Shown here: one piece after another, positions 17,601 through 26,038 of the stretch
Layout of the letters: each line of letters opens with the position of its first letter
Numbering within the stretch: position 1 is the stretch's first letter
Sequence record: NC_047995.1
Direction: 5' to 3' (one strand)
DNA length: 64,000 bases
Made by a program: the position numbers and the translations under genes
Notes under the pieces: model-generated
What the model was told of the DNA's origin: nothing
The model's database searches: none
What the model saw: only the letters and a program-made list of their open reading frames with translations

Positions 17601-19208
17601 GTCGATAGTCGCCAGATTAATCTCTGGAGCTTTCAACGTTACCTGCTTCACTGCCTCAACAGGAACACCTTCACCGAATGCTGCATACACGGACGTCATG
17701 TAGTCTTGGCGCATGACCTTAGACATGAGGACGTTCTCAACAATCTCGGTGTGTTCGCTGGTGGTACGTGCCTGAGCGACGCCCAGCTTCGAGGTTCCAT
17801 CGTTGTACGTCACAGCATAGCGCAGTTCGAAGTCTTCGCCTTGAGGAATCTCGTCGTCAACAATGATACGCAATTGCGTAGGCACGAGGTCCTTCACACT
17901 GCGGTTCACGTCGAACTCTTTCGTCTGGGACATATCAAACTGTCCCTGATACTTGACGTTGATATCGATCGAGGTGTCTGCATCAACACTAGGCAGAATC
18001 AGCGTGGTGCCATTGAACGTACCGAGAGTGGAAGTCAGTGCAATCATGCCACTGTCAGTCAGTTCTTTCGTCGCGCCTGTAGCGAGATACTTGCCGTACA
18101 CACGGACCTTAGCGCTCGCATTACCAAACAGCGTAGGACATTCGATAGTTAGCTCGTCAGGGTCTGGCTCGATACCCATAGGATAGATACGAGACTCAAG
18201 CGGCTGGCTTGTGTTATTGTACGTCAGCGTCAGATGAATAACAGAGATGGCCAGTGGCTCATTGAAGCGCACAGCATTACCATCACGTTCTGCAATCCAA
18301 TCCGAGTCTTCTACCCATACTTCTACCGTTTCTTCCGTGTTGTCGCTGTATTTAACCACAGCACCAAACGTAGTCCACTCGCCACCGCGAATGAACTCAG
18401 GCTGGATGAATGCGACGGATGATTGTAGAGGTCGTCCAACGTTGAAACGACGAACTGGTTCGACAACAACGTGAGCACCGAGATATAACTTCGCGCCGAG
18501 GTTGATTGTGGCATAGACACCTTCCAATACTTCTTCGATTGGTGCCCATTGATAGAACAGGTCTGCGATGCGACGCTGGAACATTGCGCTACGTGCGGTG
18601 AACTGTTCGATATCGTTATTCACAGGTTCGAAGCCGATGTGGTTGTTAAACCAATCTTCTGCTTCCTGTTGCGTCATGCCTACTTCTTGCAGCGCATTAA
18701 CAACGTCTTTCTCTGCGTCTTTCGTGATCGTCAGGTCGATACCACCATCAATCAGATGCGCGTCAACTTCGAGATTAACCTTGGTTGTTTTATACCACTG
18801 ACCGCCATCTTGAATAAGAACACCGAGAGGCGTAGGCACGAACGTCTGATAGTCTGCGGTATACAGGCGAGTAGAGTCGAACTGACCACCGAGCAGCATA
18901 CCAACGAACTTAGGCCATTGAGTTGTACCAGATACTTGCTGCCAGTCAGGCAAGCAGTCGATGACACGTTTCAACGAAGGCAAACGATACTGCATCAGGT
19001 CACGCGTGATGTTGATACCAAGCTGGCGAATAGCAGCTTCGGCCAGCTCGTCGTTTGTGTTTGCCGTGATGCGACGAATATCCAGCAGTTGTTGAATGAC
19101 TGCCAGATTTTCTTCGTCGTTATGTGCATCGAGAATCCCGAACAACTCTGCCCACGCTGGATTGCCTTCGATGAAGTCAATGTTGAAGGCTAGAGTGTTT
19201 GATTTCAC
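14673..19208 (-). CDS. Large baseplate wedge protein (gp7/P2 gpI-like N-terminus) with multiple Ig-like domains (1511 aa)
   Basis: Follows the baseplate J-like gene; repeated Ig-like patterns (LTIECP..V..YxxG..W); GTGA coupling. Confidence 0.65.
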   Translation of the reverse strand: MKSNTLAFNIDFIEGNPAWAELFGILDAHNDEENLAVIQQLLDIRRITANTNDELAEAAIRQLGINITRDLMQYRLPSLKRVIDCLPDWQQVSGTTQWPKFVGMLLGGQFDSTRLYTADYQTFVPTPLGVLIQDGGQWYKTTKVNLEVDAHLIDGGIDLTITKDAEKDVVNALQEVGMTQQEAEDWFNNHIGFEPVNNDIEQFTARSAMFQRRIADLFYQWAPIEEVLEGVYATINLGAKLYLGAHVVVEPVRRFNVGRPLQSSVAFIQPEFIRGGEWTTFGAVVKYSDNTEETVEVWVEDSDWIAERDGNAVRFNEPLAISVIHLTLTYNNTSQPLESRIYPMGIEPDPDELTIECPTLFGNASAKVRVYGKYLATGATKELTDSGMIALTSTLGTFNGTTLILPSVDADTSIDINVKYQGQFDMSQTKEFDVNRSVKDLVPTQLRIIVDDEIPQGEDFELRYAVTYNDGTSKLGVAQARTTSEHTEIVENVLMSKVMRQDYMTSVYAAFGEGVPVEAVKQVTLKAPEINLATIDLVVPETVVEREIIRPRAMALYVLASATAAQIAARDPAIVVAYTEVFGIWFSSQDTATNVIALPRVDQQTGEFEAPLVSGDAVPYALNFSYIDGSTAVTFNRIIMVNDTIMIPKSVDLRSSPTISSGSSLMLPVMCLWNNGLSYAAAGSVTVEYIPSDSAKEEARQRTIRLQQQAVEQGQDPSQFDPDHPDYARWVTLNVSFSSIDVFDPVMKRSVKEYVLYYQGDLHGSARINMTYEFEGTKLTNYRDLQLIPTRSLVDSITIECPDTMYEKSRTFVRLLATYVDGSQEYVTAAEWTGNWPDKDTDEYQFLQFSPARYSGMSIVEIIEGRTPSDYKDFRAMDVSKLPMFNAIGSLADLDKAYYDGAILQTGKILYDYDTYTQVIASFFRVSNKIDMIVSPAPKQSVNNIVNSRIEGATQISAGVLSESYTLVNTYKTGGVMRTLDGSYAEETPKTFDLEVDSEWAVVQNYYTQDGPNNTQVLMPTTDIVAEIDAEGSLTPSQNTNGAVLIRARYTCDQYQIEKTLLVFLVQANTYLRQIGIVGPDIVWDVSDRNPTIGYENGRWYVPYSLRVIIDPDDEFLSTDALWSIGDETNVDGVSIDPLNGHLFIGQSQLSDGQIGLRAVFTKQNPLSLADETITGTRTIQLQTQNTILNGYIENPAGNINPNTDYRFIAYYERRSGAGGSSSIPDANSVKFKWNVIQSVSGFTLGQDGTFRFPASKDPQTVKVECIITEQRTEISLVQEITCPGTGFPQDLTVGGYTNVRDDSSMQMNALLGRTGTFVKEDVSAKCLWQITNSKGDVVDVQGISINASTGRLTIGLLLNDTEFGVKALYTEGSQRLQQTHFMKAMSSYPRFGIAPFGITGVSIAMAQLTTRLRSNNGGQFVLSTKTDEYGYFVVRQSYGQAVFAAAADGTGAVNKGWLGFDGAQWPVTGDNGKKGPIVGKIVYDNLTENVLIYRTNARAFGTAVITVRYQ

Positions 19209-20668
19209 TGGTTCATCTTCCTTTCGCTGTAGGTGATGTTGATGCGAAGGTTACGCAGCGCCACATACTCAAGGACCGTGTTAGGGATGATATCCTGAAC
19301 AGGACTTTGAATGTTGCAGTAGTCCACTTCTGGTCTGCGCTTAGGCTGGTCTACATCAGTCCAGTCGTACAGCACACGGTCTGTAATGTCAGACAGCGCA
19401 AGACGTTTACCAAGCAGACCAGGACGACGCTTGAACAACTCAAGTACGGACGCTTCGAGTACAGCCTGATTCGATTCGCGTGTGCCTGGTGCATCAGCGT
19501 ATAGCGCTACGTTCAAGGTGCAGTCAATCTGGAGCTTATCAGGGTTCCACGATTGCACATCAAGTGGGCTGTGATACTGCGCAAGCCAGTTTAAAAACTT
19601 AGTCCACTGCGCTGAGGTAGGGTTAGGGTTGATGCCTCCCCACGTGCTGGTGTTACGAGGCAGTACGCACACACGCACAACTCCTTGCCACTCACGATCA
19701 TTAGGAGCAATCTCTGCCTGACCTTGTACCACCACATCAGCAACGTCAGGATAGAGCGCACATGCTGCCTTCCATTCGTCACGACGAATCAGTTTCTTAC
19801 GACTGCGACCAACGATAGGGCTGTAGTTGCGATAGTAGTCCACAGGCGTTTCATCGGAGCCGCCAAGACATGCGCTGACAGTCTTACCTTGAAGCTGTGG
19901 GTTAGACAGACACTGTACCTTCAGGCCGATGCTGTCTGTGTTACCAGAGGCACCGAGAGCTTTGATACCCTGCACTTTCAGCGTGTAGCCCGCTGGTGGC
20001 TGTGCGCCCCATTGCTCACCACCGAATTGAATCTCAACGTCACCTTCGTCTGTCGTTACATCGAGAAAGATTTGTTGTTCGGCATAGGCTTCAAACAGGC
20101 ACTTGTCGAAGCGCACGTATTCAATGCGCGTACCTGTCGGATGTTCGAACCAAACTCTGAGGTCATCGGTCAACTGGAAGTTCTCTGTGCCAAGTCGGAT
20201 TGACATGTAATCGACAGTGGCAGGAACAATCTGGCTGAACGTGAACAGGTCAGCGATCACGAAGTCAACGTCCTTAACTTCGCCGGGTTCCCATTGAGTT
20301 ACTTCGGCCAGAAGCGCATTGAAGTTACCGATAGTGAATGGCGTGTACTTGTCGTAACTGACTTTGACGCTACTCAGATTAACGACAGAGGCGGTAACAG
20401 TAGACACGGACTTGCGGCCGATATCGACACCCAAGTAACGGGCATTAGCCAGCACACTGGTGTTACGTCGGGCCAGACGACTGAATGCCTCACGCGCTGC
20501 AATCAGGTTAGCATAGGCGTTGGTTACACCAAGATCGCCAAGCGCATCAGCAAGCAATGACGTTAAGGAGCTTACCTGCGCGTCTGTCCAGTAGCTGGAG
20601 CTATTGATACGCTCAAGGAAGTCACGAGCAAACTCCTCGTGCGTGGTGTACGTGTTAAGCATGGACAT
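19205..20668 (-). CDS. Baseplate wedge subunit, T4 gp6/baseplate J-like (487 aa)
   Basis: EAFSRLARRNTSVLANARYLG, GGSDETPVDYYR, DVADVVV motifs; follows the gp25-like gene. Confidence 0.8.
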   Translation of the reverse strand: MSMLNTYTTHEEFARDFLERINSSSYWTDAQVSSLTSLLADALGDLGVTNAYANLIAAREAFSRLARRNTSVLANARYLGVDIGRKSVSTVTASVVNLSSVKVSYDKYTPFTIGNFNALLAEVTQWEPGEVKDVDFVIADLFTFSQIVPATVDYMSIRLGTENFQLTDDLRVWFEHPTGTRIEYVRFDKCLFEAYAEQQIFLDVTTDEGDVEIQFGGEQWGAQPPAGYTLKVQGIKALGASGNTDSIGLKVQCLSNPQLQGKTVSACLGGSDETPVDYYRNYSPIVGRSRKKLIRRDEWKAACALYPDVADVVVQGQAEIAPNDREWQGVVRVCVLPRNTSTWGGINPNPTSAQWTKFLNWLAQYHSPLDVQSWNPDKLQIDCTLNVALYADAPGTRESNQAVLEASVLELFKRRPGLLGKRLALSDITDRVLYDWTDVDQPKRRPEVDYCNIQSPVQDIIPNTVLEYVALRNLRINITYSERKMNQ

Positions 20669-20669
20669 G

Positions 20670-21092
20670 TTACTGTGCCCTCATAGCGAACGTGACAGAT
20701 TCTTTCGATTCGAGCTTAGGACAACGCCACGTGATAACACACACGTAGGTCTGCTCATATTGATCGCTCATGGTACACGCTGTCTGGACGTTGGTCACAT
20801 CATTAGTCAGACCGTTAGCTCTGTCTTCGAGAGCAAGGCGCATGTACGTTGCAATCCATTCGGCAGTTGTCTGGTCGAAAGGCTCAAACAAATATTTATA
20901 CACATCAGCACCGAAGGACTCTCGCCACTTGCGCGTTCTCTTACGGGTACCGATGACCATCAGAATTTTCTGGACGATGCTGTCCATGTTCTGCACGTTA
21001 TCTCGTGGCTCAAGTTGAATCCACGCATTGATATCACAATAGATTCGCTCGCTGATAGGAACGTCTATTAATCTGATTCCGATTCCTGCCAT
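20670..21092 (-). CDS. Baseplate wedge protein, gp25/GpW-like (140 aa)
   Basis: SIVQKILMVIGTRKRTRKWRESFGADVYKYLFEP is typical of the gp25 family. Confidence 0.8.
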   Translation of the reverse strand: MAGIGIRLIDVPISERIYCDINAWIQLEPRDNVQNMDSIVQKILMVIGTRKRTRKWRESFGADVYKYLFEPFDQTTAEWIATYMRLALEDRANGLTNDVTNVQTACTMSDQYEQTYVCVITWRCPKLESKESVTFAMRAQ

Positions 21093-21382
21093 TAGCCAAA
21101 TCTCACGTTAGAACTACCGTTAGATGCAGTGTCTCCGCAACTGTTACCATCACCCGCACGTTGGGCCGGTTTACCGTTGACACGCACACTCGAACTGGAA
21201 GTAGCTTTGCCTACGTGCGGTGGCTTCTTTGGCTTCCAGTGTGGCATATATGAGTCACCCTGTCTCACGCTTCCCTTACCGTTGATCATCACGTTAGCAG
21301 ACGCTTGCGCGGCGACAACAGGAAAGTAACCGCTATGGCCTGTAGATTGGTCTGCTCCTAGGCGAATAGCTTTCTGTCCCAT
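21092..21382 (-). CDS. PAAR-repeat spike-tip protein (gp5.4-like, 96 aa)
   Basis: AIRLGAD..GH, VMINGKGSVRQGD, VRVNGKPAQRAGD..CG..GSSNV. Confidence 0.9.
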   Translation of the reverse strand: MGQKAIRLGADQSTGHSGYFPVVAAQASANVMINGKGSVRQGDSYMPHWKPKKPPHVGKATSSSSVRVNGKPAQRAGDGNSCGDTASNGSSNVRFG

Positions 21383-21405
21383 GATTATTCTCCTCTGTTA
21401 GACAC

Positions 21406-21413
21406 AAATTAGC
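21406..21413 (-). promoter_or_regulatory. Putative late promoter GCTAATTT
   Basis: Between a terminator and the PAAR gene, 24 nt before its ATG. Confidence 0.65.
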
Positions 21414-21431
21414 TTGTTACGAGACAGAAAC

Positions 21432-21457
21432 AAAAACGGGCAGCCTAATGGCCACCC
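21432..21457 (-). terminator. Intrinsic terminator closing the long non-coding region
   Basis: GGGTGGCC-ATTA-GGCTGCCC followed by GTTTTT on the minus strand. Confidence 0.8.
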
Positions 21458-21493
21458 AGTTTCTGTACGCTTGGATTTTGTGTCGTCATTCCC

Positions 21494-21652
21494 TTACGCC
21501 CGATGCAAGTGCCTATCAGCTTTCGCTGTTAAGCCGGAATGAGTGTTCGAGAGTGAAGGTACACCTGGTACCGACAGAAGGTGACTCTCGGACCATGCAA
21601 GCAATAGACCAAGCATCGCTATTGCAAGCATCGACACTAAGAACAAAAGCAT
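21494..21652 (-). CDS. Putative 52-aa hydrophobic small protein inside the candidate RNA
   Basis: AAGGAG 7 nt before ATG; MLLFLVSMLAIAMLGLLLAW (20 hydrophobic residues), then a polar tail ending ..RHLHRA*. Confidence 0.45.
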   Translation of the reverse strand: MLLFLVSMLAIAMLGLLLAWSESHLLSVPGVPSLSNTHSGLTAKADRHLHRA

Positions 21653-21711
21653 GTTTCGCTCCTTGTGTCATACTTTAAAGGACTACGTTTGATCGACGGT
21701 TACTTTATTCT

Positions 21712-21740
21712 GCTCGTCGCCTAAACTCCACTTGAGTATC
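21712..21740 (-). repeat. Copy 2 of the motif GATACTCAAGTG-N6/7-GGCGACGAGC
   Basis: 22 identical nt shared with 22106-22133; enclosed by an ATTCTG/CAGAAT stem. Confidence 0.85.
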
Positions 21741-22105
21741 AGAATGTTTCTCTGTCTTTACCGCCTACGTTGCGGCAAGCCGCGCACGACACTCACACAT
21801 CAAGGACACTCGGCGGAAGGAGGAAGTTCCGATTGCCCTAACAGCGTAAGTGAAGCGAAGGAGGTCCCGTATCGGTGATCTGCAGGGGTTCACGCACTTT
21901 TAACATTCGCTTCTTTGTGCGTTAAACCTTCGTGGACCCGAATGCCCTGCTAATCATTCCACGAAGATATTGCACACCCTATTGTGAACGAGGGGGTCGA
22001 GCTATGGCATCACGTCAACAGCAGTGGACGGCGGACACACTCCATTGCAATCTGTTAAGGGCAGAATGCAACAGGCTGTGAACAGCTTTGGCCAAATGTA
22101 GAGTC

Positions 22106-22133
22106 GCTCGTCGCCCAACATCACTTGAGTATC
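22106..22133 (-). repeat. Copy 1 of the motif GATACTCAAGTG-N6/7-GGCGACGAGC
   Basis: 22 identical nt shared with 21712-21740; enclosed by an AATGTAGA/TCTACATT stem. Confidence 0.85.
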
Positions 22134-22725
22134 TCGTCTACATTCGTTTACTCCCTGAAAGCATCACTAGGCAGCTTACCTGTGATACCCATGAGGACCT
22201 GCGGATGTTTATCACTCTCAGACTCTTAGTTCCCTGCATGTGAAAACAACACGTTGAGTCGTCCGCTGGATGACGTGCTGTTTATTCTCAATCCGCTTAG
22301 GCAGCGAAAGGCACATATCAGATAATGATGGAACTGTCATGAAGGAATCCCTGGAGGTCATCGCTTCCCAATGCACACAGGGTGAAAGCCTATGCACATC
22401 AGGCAGCGTCTGCTGCGATACTGCTATCCCTATTAGACTGCCCACAGCGTTGAGTTTTCCGCTCCAACAGTCTACGTGCCTGGAAGGTATATGCCGTGCC
22501 AAGTATGTATCAGCATGGTTCCTGCTGGGCCTTGAGAGCGTCAGCGACAGAGCATATATTCATCACGTGGGTGCCGGGGTTGTCCTCACGATTACAGAGC
22601 GCAAACTCAAACCGGCTGGAGGCCTACACAAACCGCATGTAGGTTTCACATCAAGAGAAGCCCGCTATGAGTCCTCTCCCTTGAGACATATTGATATTAC
22701 TATCTGCAATTTTTATTTACAGATT

Positions 22726-24486
22726 TTAGAAGGCTTTTCGTTCCACATTCGAATAATAAGTTTCGTATGGGTCAGAGTACAGCTCAGGACCACGCTGCGC
22801 ACGAATCGTCACGTAACCAGTGTGTCGGTTGAATGCGATGATTTCGACAGTAGGCTGCTTAGGCTTGATGGTCGAATAGATTGGTGCGTCCATTGTCGGT
22901 TCGTCTGTCTGAATCTTATTTACAGATTTCAGAGCATCACCAGACAGCGTAGGCAGATTAAATCTGATCTCAGCGCGTTTCGTACCAAAGGCAATCTTGA
23001 TAACGCCTGCAGGCAGTTCGACACCGTTCTGCTTCATGTACGCGCCGATACGACGAGCAACGCCAGTCAACTGGTCACGAGTACGTGGGTCGAATGTACC
23101 TTCGAAGCTGATTGCTTCTGCTGGCTGACGCACCGACATGTGCAGGCCTGTGTTGAAATAACCTTCGGCCAGAAGTCGCGTCACTTCCTTCACGATTTCT
23201 TTCGTGTTGGATTTGATAGCCGCAATCTTCAACTCAGGCACGTCAACCTTAACAGGGTCACGCATCTCAGTCTGGTTGTCCATGTAACCGAGGGATACGT
23301 GTTTCGCTTTGGTGTACGTGTGCTGGAGCACGCCAGTAGCACGAATCATGACAGAGCCAGACTTCGCTTGGTCGTACAGTTCATCGCTGGTGGTTGTGCT
23401 GAACAGGTAGTAGTCCGTAGGCACAGCCATGCGACCAACCGCTTCAACTGCTTTCGTCTGTACTTCTTTTACAGTCTTGCCGAAGACAACACGACTGCGA
23501 TTCGGCTGGGAAGCAGACACAGGGAAGAATGCGCCGTAAACAACCTGCACGTTCTTTTGAATCGGCTTGGAAGAGTTTACCTTGATGCCACCTTGCAGCG
23601 GAGGTAACTTAACGCCCACCAGCTTACCGCTGACGATAGCCTTGTTAGCGACAACAGGCTTGAGTGCACCAATCAGCTTCTGCACCTCAGCGCCGTCCAG
23701 AATCTTCTCCAGCGGAACAGCGAGGTTCTGCGGCAGATAGTGTTTCTTACGGAACGAGTAGATAACAGTGTCTTTCTTGATCTGCAACGGCGTAGCCATG
23801 TTGCGACCAATCTGACCTACAGGCTGGAAGGTGTTCTTCTTATCGTCAGCGATAGAGCCGAATGCTTTCGTGAACTCTGTCTGGCCGATGATGTTAGCAA
23901 CACGCTGGTGGCCACGAACGATGAAGATAATCTTCGGTTCGTCTTTCAGGCGCAGTTCGTAGCGGTCACGGTTCAAATAAACCATGCTGTACTTGTCGCC
24001 TTTCTCCAACACAAGGTCGTACTCGTCGTTGGCGTCATCGACAATAACTTTCTTACCTTGATAGGTTGCATATTGTCGGGCAGCAGAAGTAGAAGCAATC
24101 TCCAGCGCCTTGCCTGTGTTAGACAATGCAACAGCAAAGTCAGTCACGGCAGGCATCAGGTCAACAGAGGATGCAACCGCATAGCTGTTACGACGTTCAC
24201 CGAGATGCAAATGCACGGCAGATGATGCAGACATGAATACAGTGTTACCTGTGTCTTCATGTTTACCTGCAAAGTTCATGCCGCTAATGCGTTCGATGAT
24301 GTTCGCACTTAGAGCAGGAAACGCGATATCGTCACCAGCAGCGAAGTCAAAGATTTCGCCATGACGCCATGCGTATGCGACGTTGTTGGAGCTAAGTCCG
24401 ATAAACGCATCGCCGATCTGTTTAACAGTCATCGGCATAATACTCAGATCACGAATGACCGAGTTTTGCTTTTGAATAAGATTCAT
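22726..24486 (-). CDS. Hypothetical, probable internal head protein carrying the dispersed paralogous domain (586 aa)
   Basis: YATYQGKK..LEKGDKYSM..RYEL..DEPKIIFIV resembles domains in 37018, 45593 and 52904. Confidence 0.6.
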   Translation of the reverse strand: MNLIQKQNSVIRDLSIMPMTVKQIGDAFIGLSSNNVAYAWRHGEIFDFAAGDDIAFPALSANIIERISGMNFAGKHEDTGNTVFMSASSAVHLHLGERRNSYAVASSVDLMPAVTDFAVALSNTGKALEIASTSAARQYATYQGKKVIVDDANDEYDLVLEKGDKYSMVYLNRDRYELRLKDEPKIIFIVRGHQRVANIIGQTEFTKAFGSIADDKKNTFQPVGQIGRNMATPLQIKKDTVIYSFRKKHYLPQNLAVPLEKILDGAEVQKLIGALKPVVANKAIVSGKLVGVKLPPLQGGIKVNSSKPIQKNVQVVYGAFFPVSASQPNRSRVVFGKTVKEVQTKAVEAVGRMAVPTDYYLFSTTTSDELYDQAKSGSVMIRATGVLQHTYTKAKHVSLGYMDNQTEMRDPVKVDVPELKIAAIKSNTKEIVKEVTRLLAEGYFNTGLHMSVRQPAEAISFEGTFDPRTRDQLTGVARRIGAYMKQNGVELPAGVIKIAFGTKRAEIRFNLPTLSGDALKSVNKIQTDEPTMDAPIYSTIKPKQPTVEIIAFNRHTGYVTIRAQRGPELYSDPYETYYSNVERKAF

Positions 24487-24494
24487 ATAAATCC

Positions 24495-24929
24495 CTAATA
24501 CGAAACAAGGCGGAAGGCGTTCTGCTTGAGCAGATTGAGATTGCCCAGCATCAGGCTGTACGCCAGTGTGCCGTGCTGTTCGATCAGACTCTCAGGAACG
24601 ATAGACCCGAAGTAAATCGAGTTGTCTGGCCGAGTGTTAATCTCCTCACCAATAGACTTCATTGCATCAGGGACAACGAAGCACCACGGTTCAGCAACGT
24701 ACTTACCTTTGACGTACTGAATCCTATAGCCAACAGCAATGTGCTGGCCTTTGGTTGGGCGGCACGAAAAGACGTCCGTATTCTGGTTGCGAGACTTGCG
24801 CACCGCAAACAACGCCATAGTCAGGAAGCGCTGTTCGAACTGCGGGATGAACGCGTTGTCTTCACAAATCTTTTTCAGTACCGCCTCTTGTCGAGCTTTA
24901 GGCATCGACGAGAACAGGTTTAAATTCAT
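24495..24929 (-). CDS. Hypothetical protein (144 aa)
   Basis: ATGA-coupled to tmk; no recognised motif. Confidence 0.7.
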   Translation of the reverse strand: MNLNLFSSMPKARQEAVLKKICEDNAFIPQFEQRFLTMALFAVRKSRNQNTDVFSCRPTKGQHIAVGYRIQYVKGKYVAEPWCFVVPDAMKSIGEEINTRPDNSIYFGSIVPESLIEQHGTLAYSLMLGNLNLLKQNAFRLVSY

Positions 24930-25540
24930 GAGAGCTTGGCGAGAATTTGACGAACAACGTCTGACACCGAATTGACTTCTGTATCAATAACCAAATCAAA
25001 GCCGCCAGGCACTTCGAGGTAGCGCTGATTGTATTGCTCGAACACTTCTTTGGTCTGACGCTTTTCAATGCGGTCTTCACCACCGATGCGAATCTTACGA
25101 CGCTCAACGGAAGTTTCATAACCACAGGTCAGCAGCACGGTCAAACGATTCTCAGGAGCAAGTGCCTCCCAAGTGTGCTGATAGATGTGCGCGTTAACAT
25201 CCGACTCGCCTGCCTGATAAACGTAAGTGGATGGGTAACCACGATCTGCGATAATGACAGTATCAGGTTCGTTCTCCAGAATGCGTTCATAAGCAGTCAT
25301 GGTGGAAGAACGTGCGGCCAGGAAGAGCAGCAGTTCCGTACGCGGGTCCATACCTTCGTTAAGGGTGTTGGTGTTGGACAGCAGAACATCACGAATGTGT
25401 TCAGCGAGCGGCGTACCACCAGGCTCACGCAAGCGCAAAGTCTTCGCGCCACGTTGAGTGAGAATTTCAGACAGAGCAGTACATACAGTAGATTTACCGC
25501 TACCCTCTGGGCCTTCGACTAAGAGATAGGTTGAGTTCAT
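24926..25540 (-). CDS. tmk: Thymidylate (dTMP) kinase
   Basis: P-loop EGPEGSGKST, REPGGT, ELLLFLAAR, IADR..STYVYQ. Confidence 0.95.
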   Translation of the reverse strand: MNSTYLLVEGPEGSGKSTVCTALSEILTQRGAKTLRLREPGGTPLAEHIRDVLLSNTNTLNEGMDPRTELLLFLAARSSTMTAYERILENEPDTVIIADRGYPSTYVYQAGESDVNAHIYQHTWEALAPENRLTVLLTCGYETSVERRKIRIGGEDRIEKRQTKEVFEQYNQRYLEVPGGFDLVIDTEVNSVSDVVRQILAKLS

Positions 25541-25549
25541 AATGATTCC

Positions 25550-26038
25550 TTAGGCAAATCGCCCACCACGCCATGCGGCCTTAATGAGCAATTTCGCCAC
25601 GATTTCGTTCTTCATTGTCTTTCGCTTGGCATTGCTTCTGACAAATGCAGAGCCGAACTTATTCACGACGATTAGGCCGCAGCCTAACTCTTTAATGCGA
25701 CCAATGATCTTATCGCCGTGAGTTTCAAACAGTTGCTCGTCAATGATGAAGTACATGCGCATACAGAAAGGCAAATACTTGTGCCACTTCTTATCAGTGT
25801 TGAAGTCAGCCCAGCAACTCTTAACCTCAGTGATAATCATATCACACTTGGTATTCAGGCAGAACACGTCAGCCCTTAAGTTACCATGCTTTATCAGACC
25901 AAGTTCAACGTGGCAGGAATAGCGTTTGTCAATCCAGTAGCGTTGTGCAGCTTCGGTAAGAAATGCCGTCTTATCAGGACGGCTCATTGATTTGAATACT
26001 GCTTGAAGGGGTTCAGCCTTGCGCCGCTTATAGGCCAT
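25550..26038 (-). CDS. MmcB-family PD-(D/E)xK DNA repair nuclease (162 aa)
   Basis: RADV..IITEVKSCWADFNTDKKWHKYLPFC.RMYF matches the MmcB consensus. Confidence 0.8.
   Translation of the reverse strand: MAYKRRKAEPLQAVFKSMSRPDKTAFLTEAAQRYWIDKRYSCHVELGLIKHGNLRADVFCLNTKCDMIITEVKSCWADFNTDKKWHKYLPFCMRMYFIIDEQLFETHGDKIIGRIKELGCGLIVVNKFGSAFVRSNAKRKTMKNEIVAKLLIKAAWRGGRFA

Larger units (their letters stand above)
21458..22685 (-). ncRNA. Candidate large structured non-coding RNA (about 1.2 kb); family not recognised
   Basis: Only large gap in an otherwise fully coding window; many inverted repeats (21928-36/21958-66, 22095-102/22137-44, 21601-07/21619-25, 21548-54/21584-90, 22435-40/22468-73); GAAA tetraloop at 21517-28; 3' terminator. 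The 5' end is approximate. Confidence 0.6.

Noticed and set aside
22218-22502. Track ORFs 22218..22502 (minus) and 21448..21678 (plus) in the gap
   Set aside because: The minus ORF starts at TTG; neither has a clear RBS or protein-like features, and both run through RNA helices
21458-22685. Assignment of the long gap to tmRNA, RNase P RNA, a group I/II intron, a tRNA cluster or a CRISPR array
   Set aside because: No tRNA-like ends, no convincing P4 helix, no domain V or P7 core, no cloverleaves, and only two non-adjacent repeat copies
22270-23607. 445-aa plus-strand ORF
   Set aside because: Mostly in-register antisense to the 586-aa gene, with no RBS or motif; many similar shadow ORFs occur across the window
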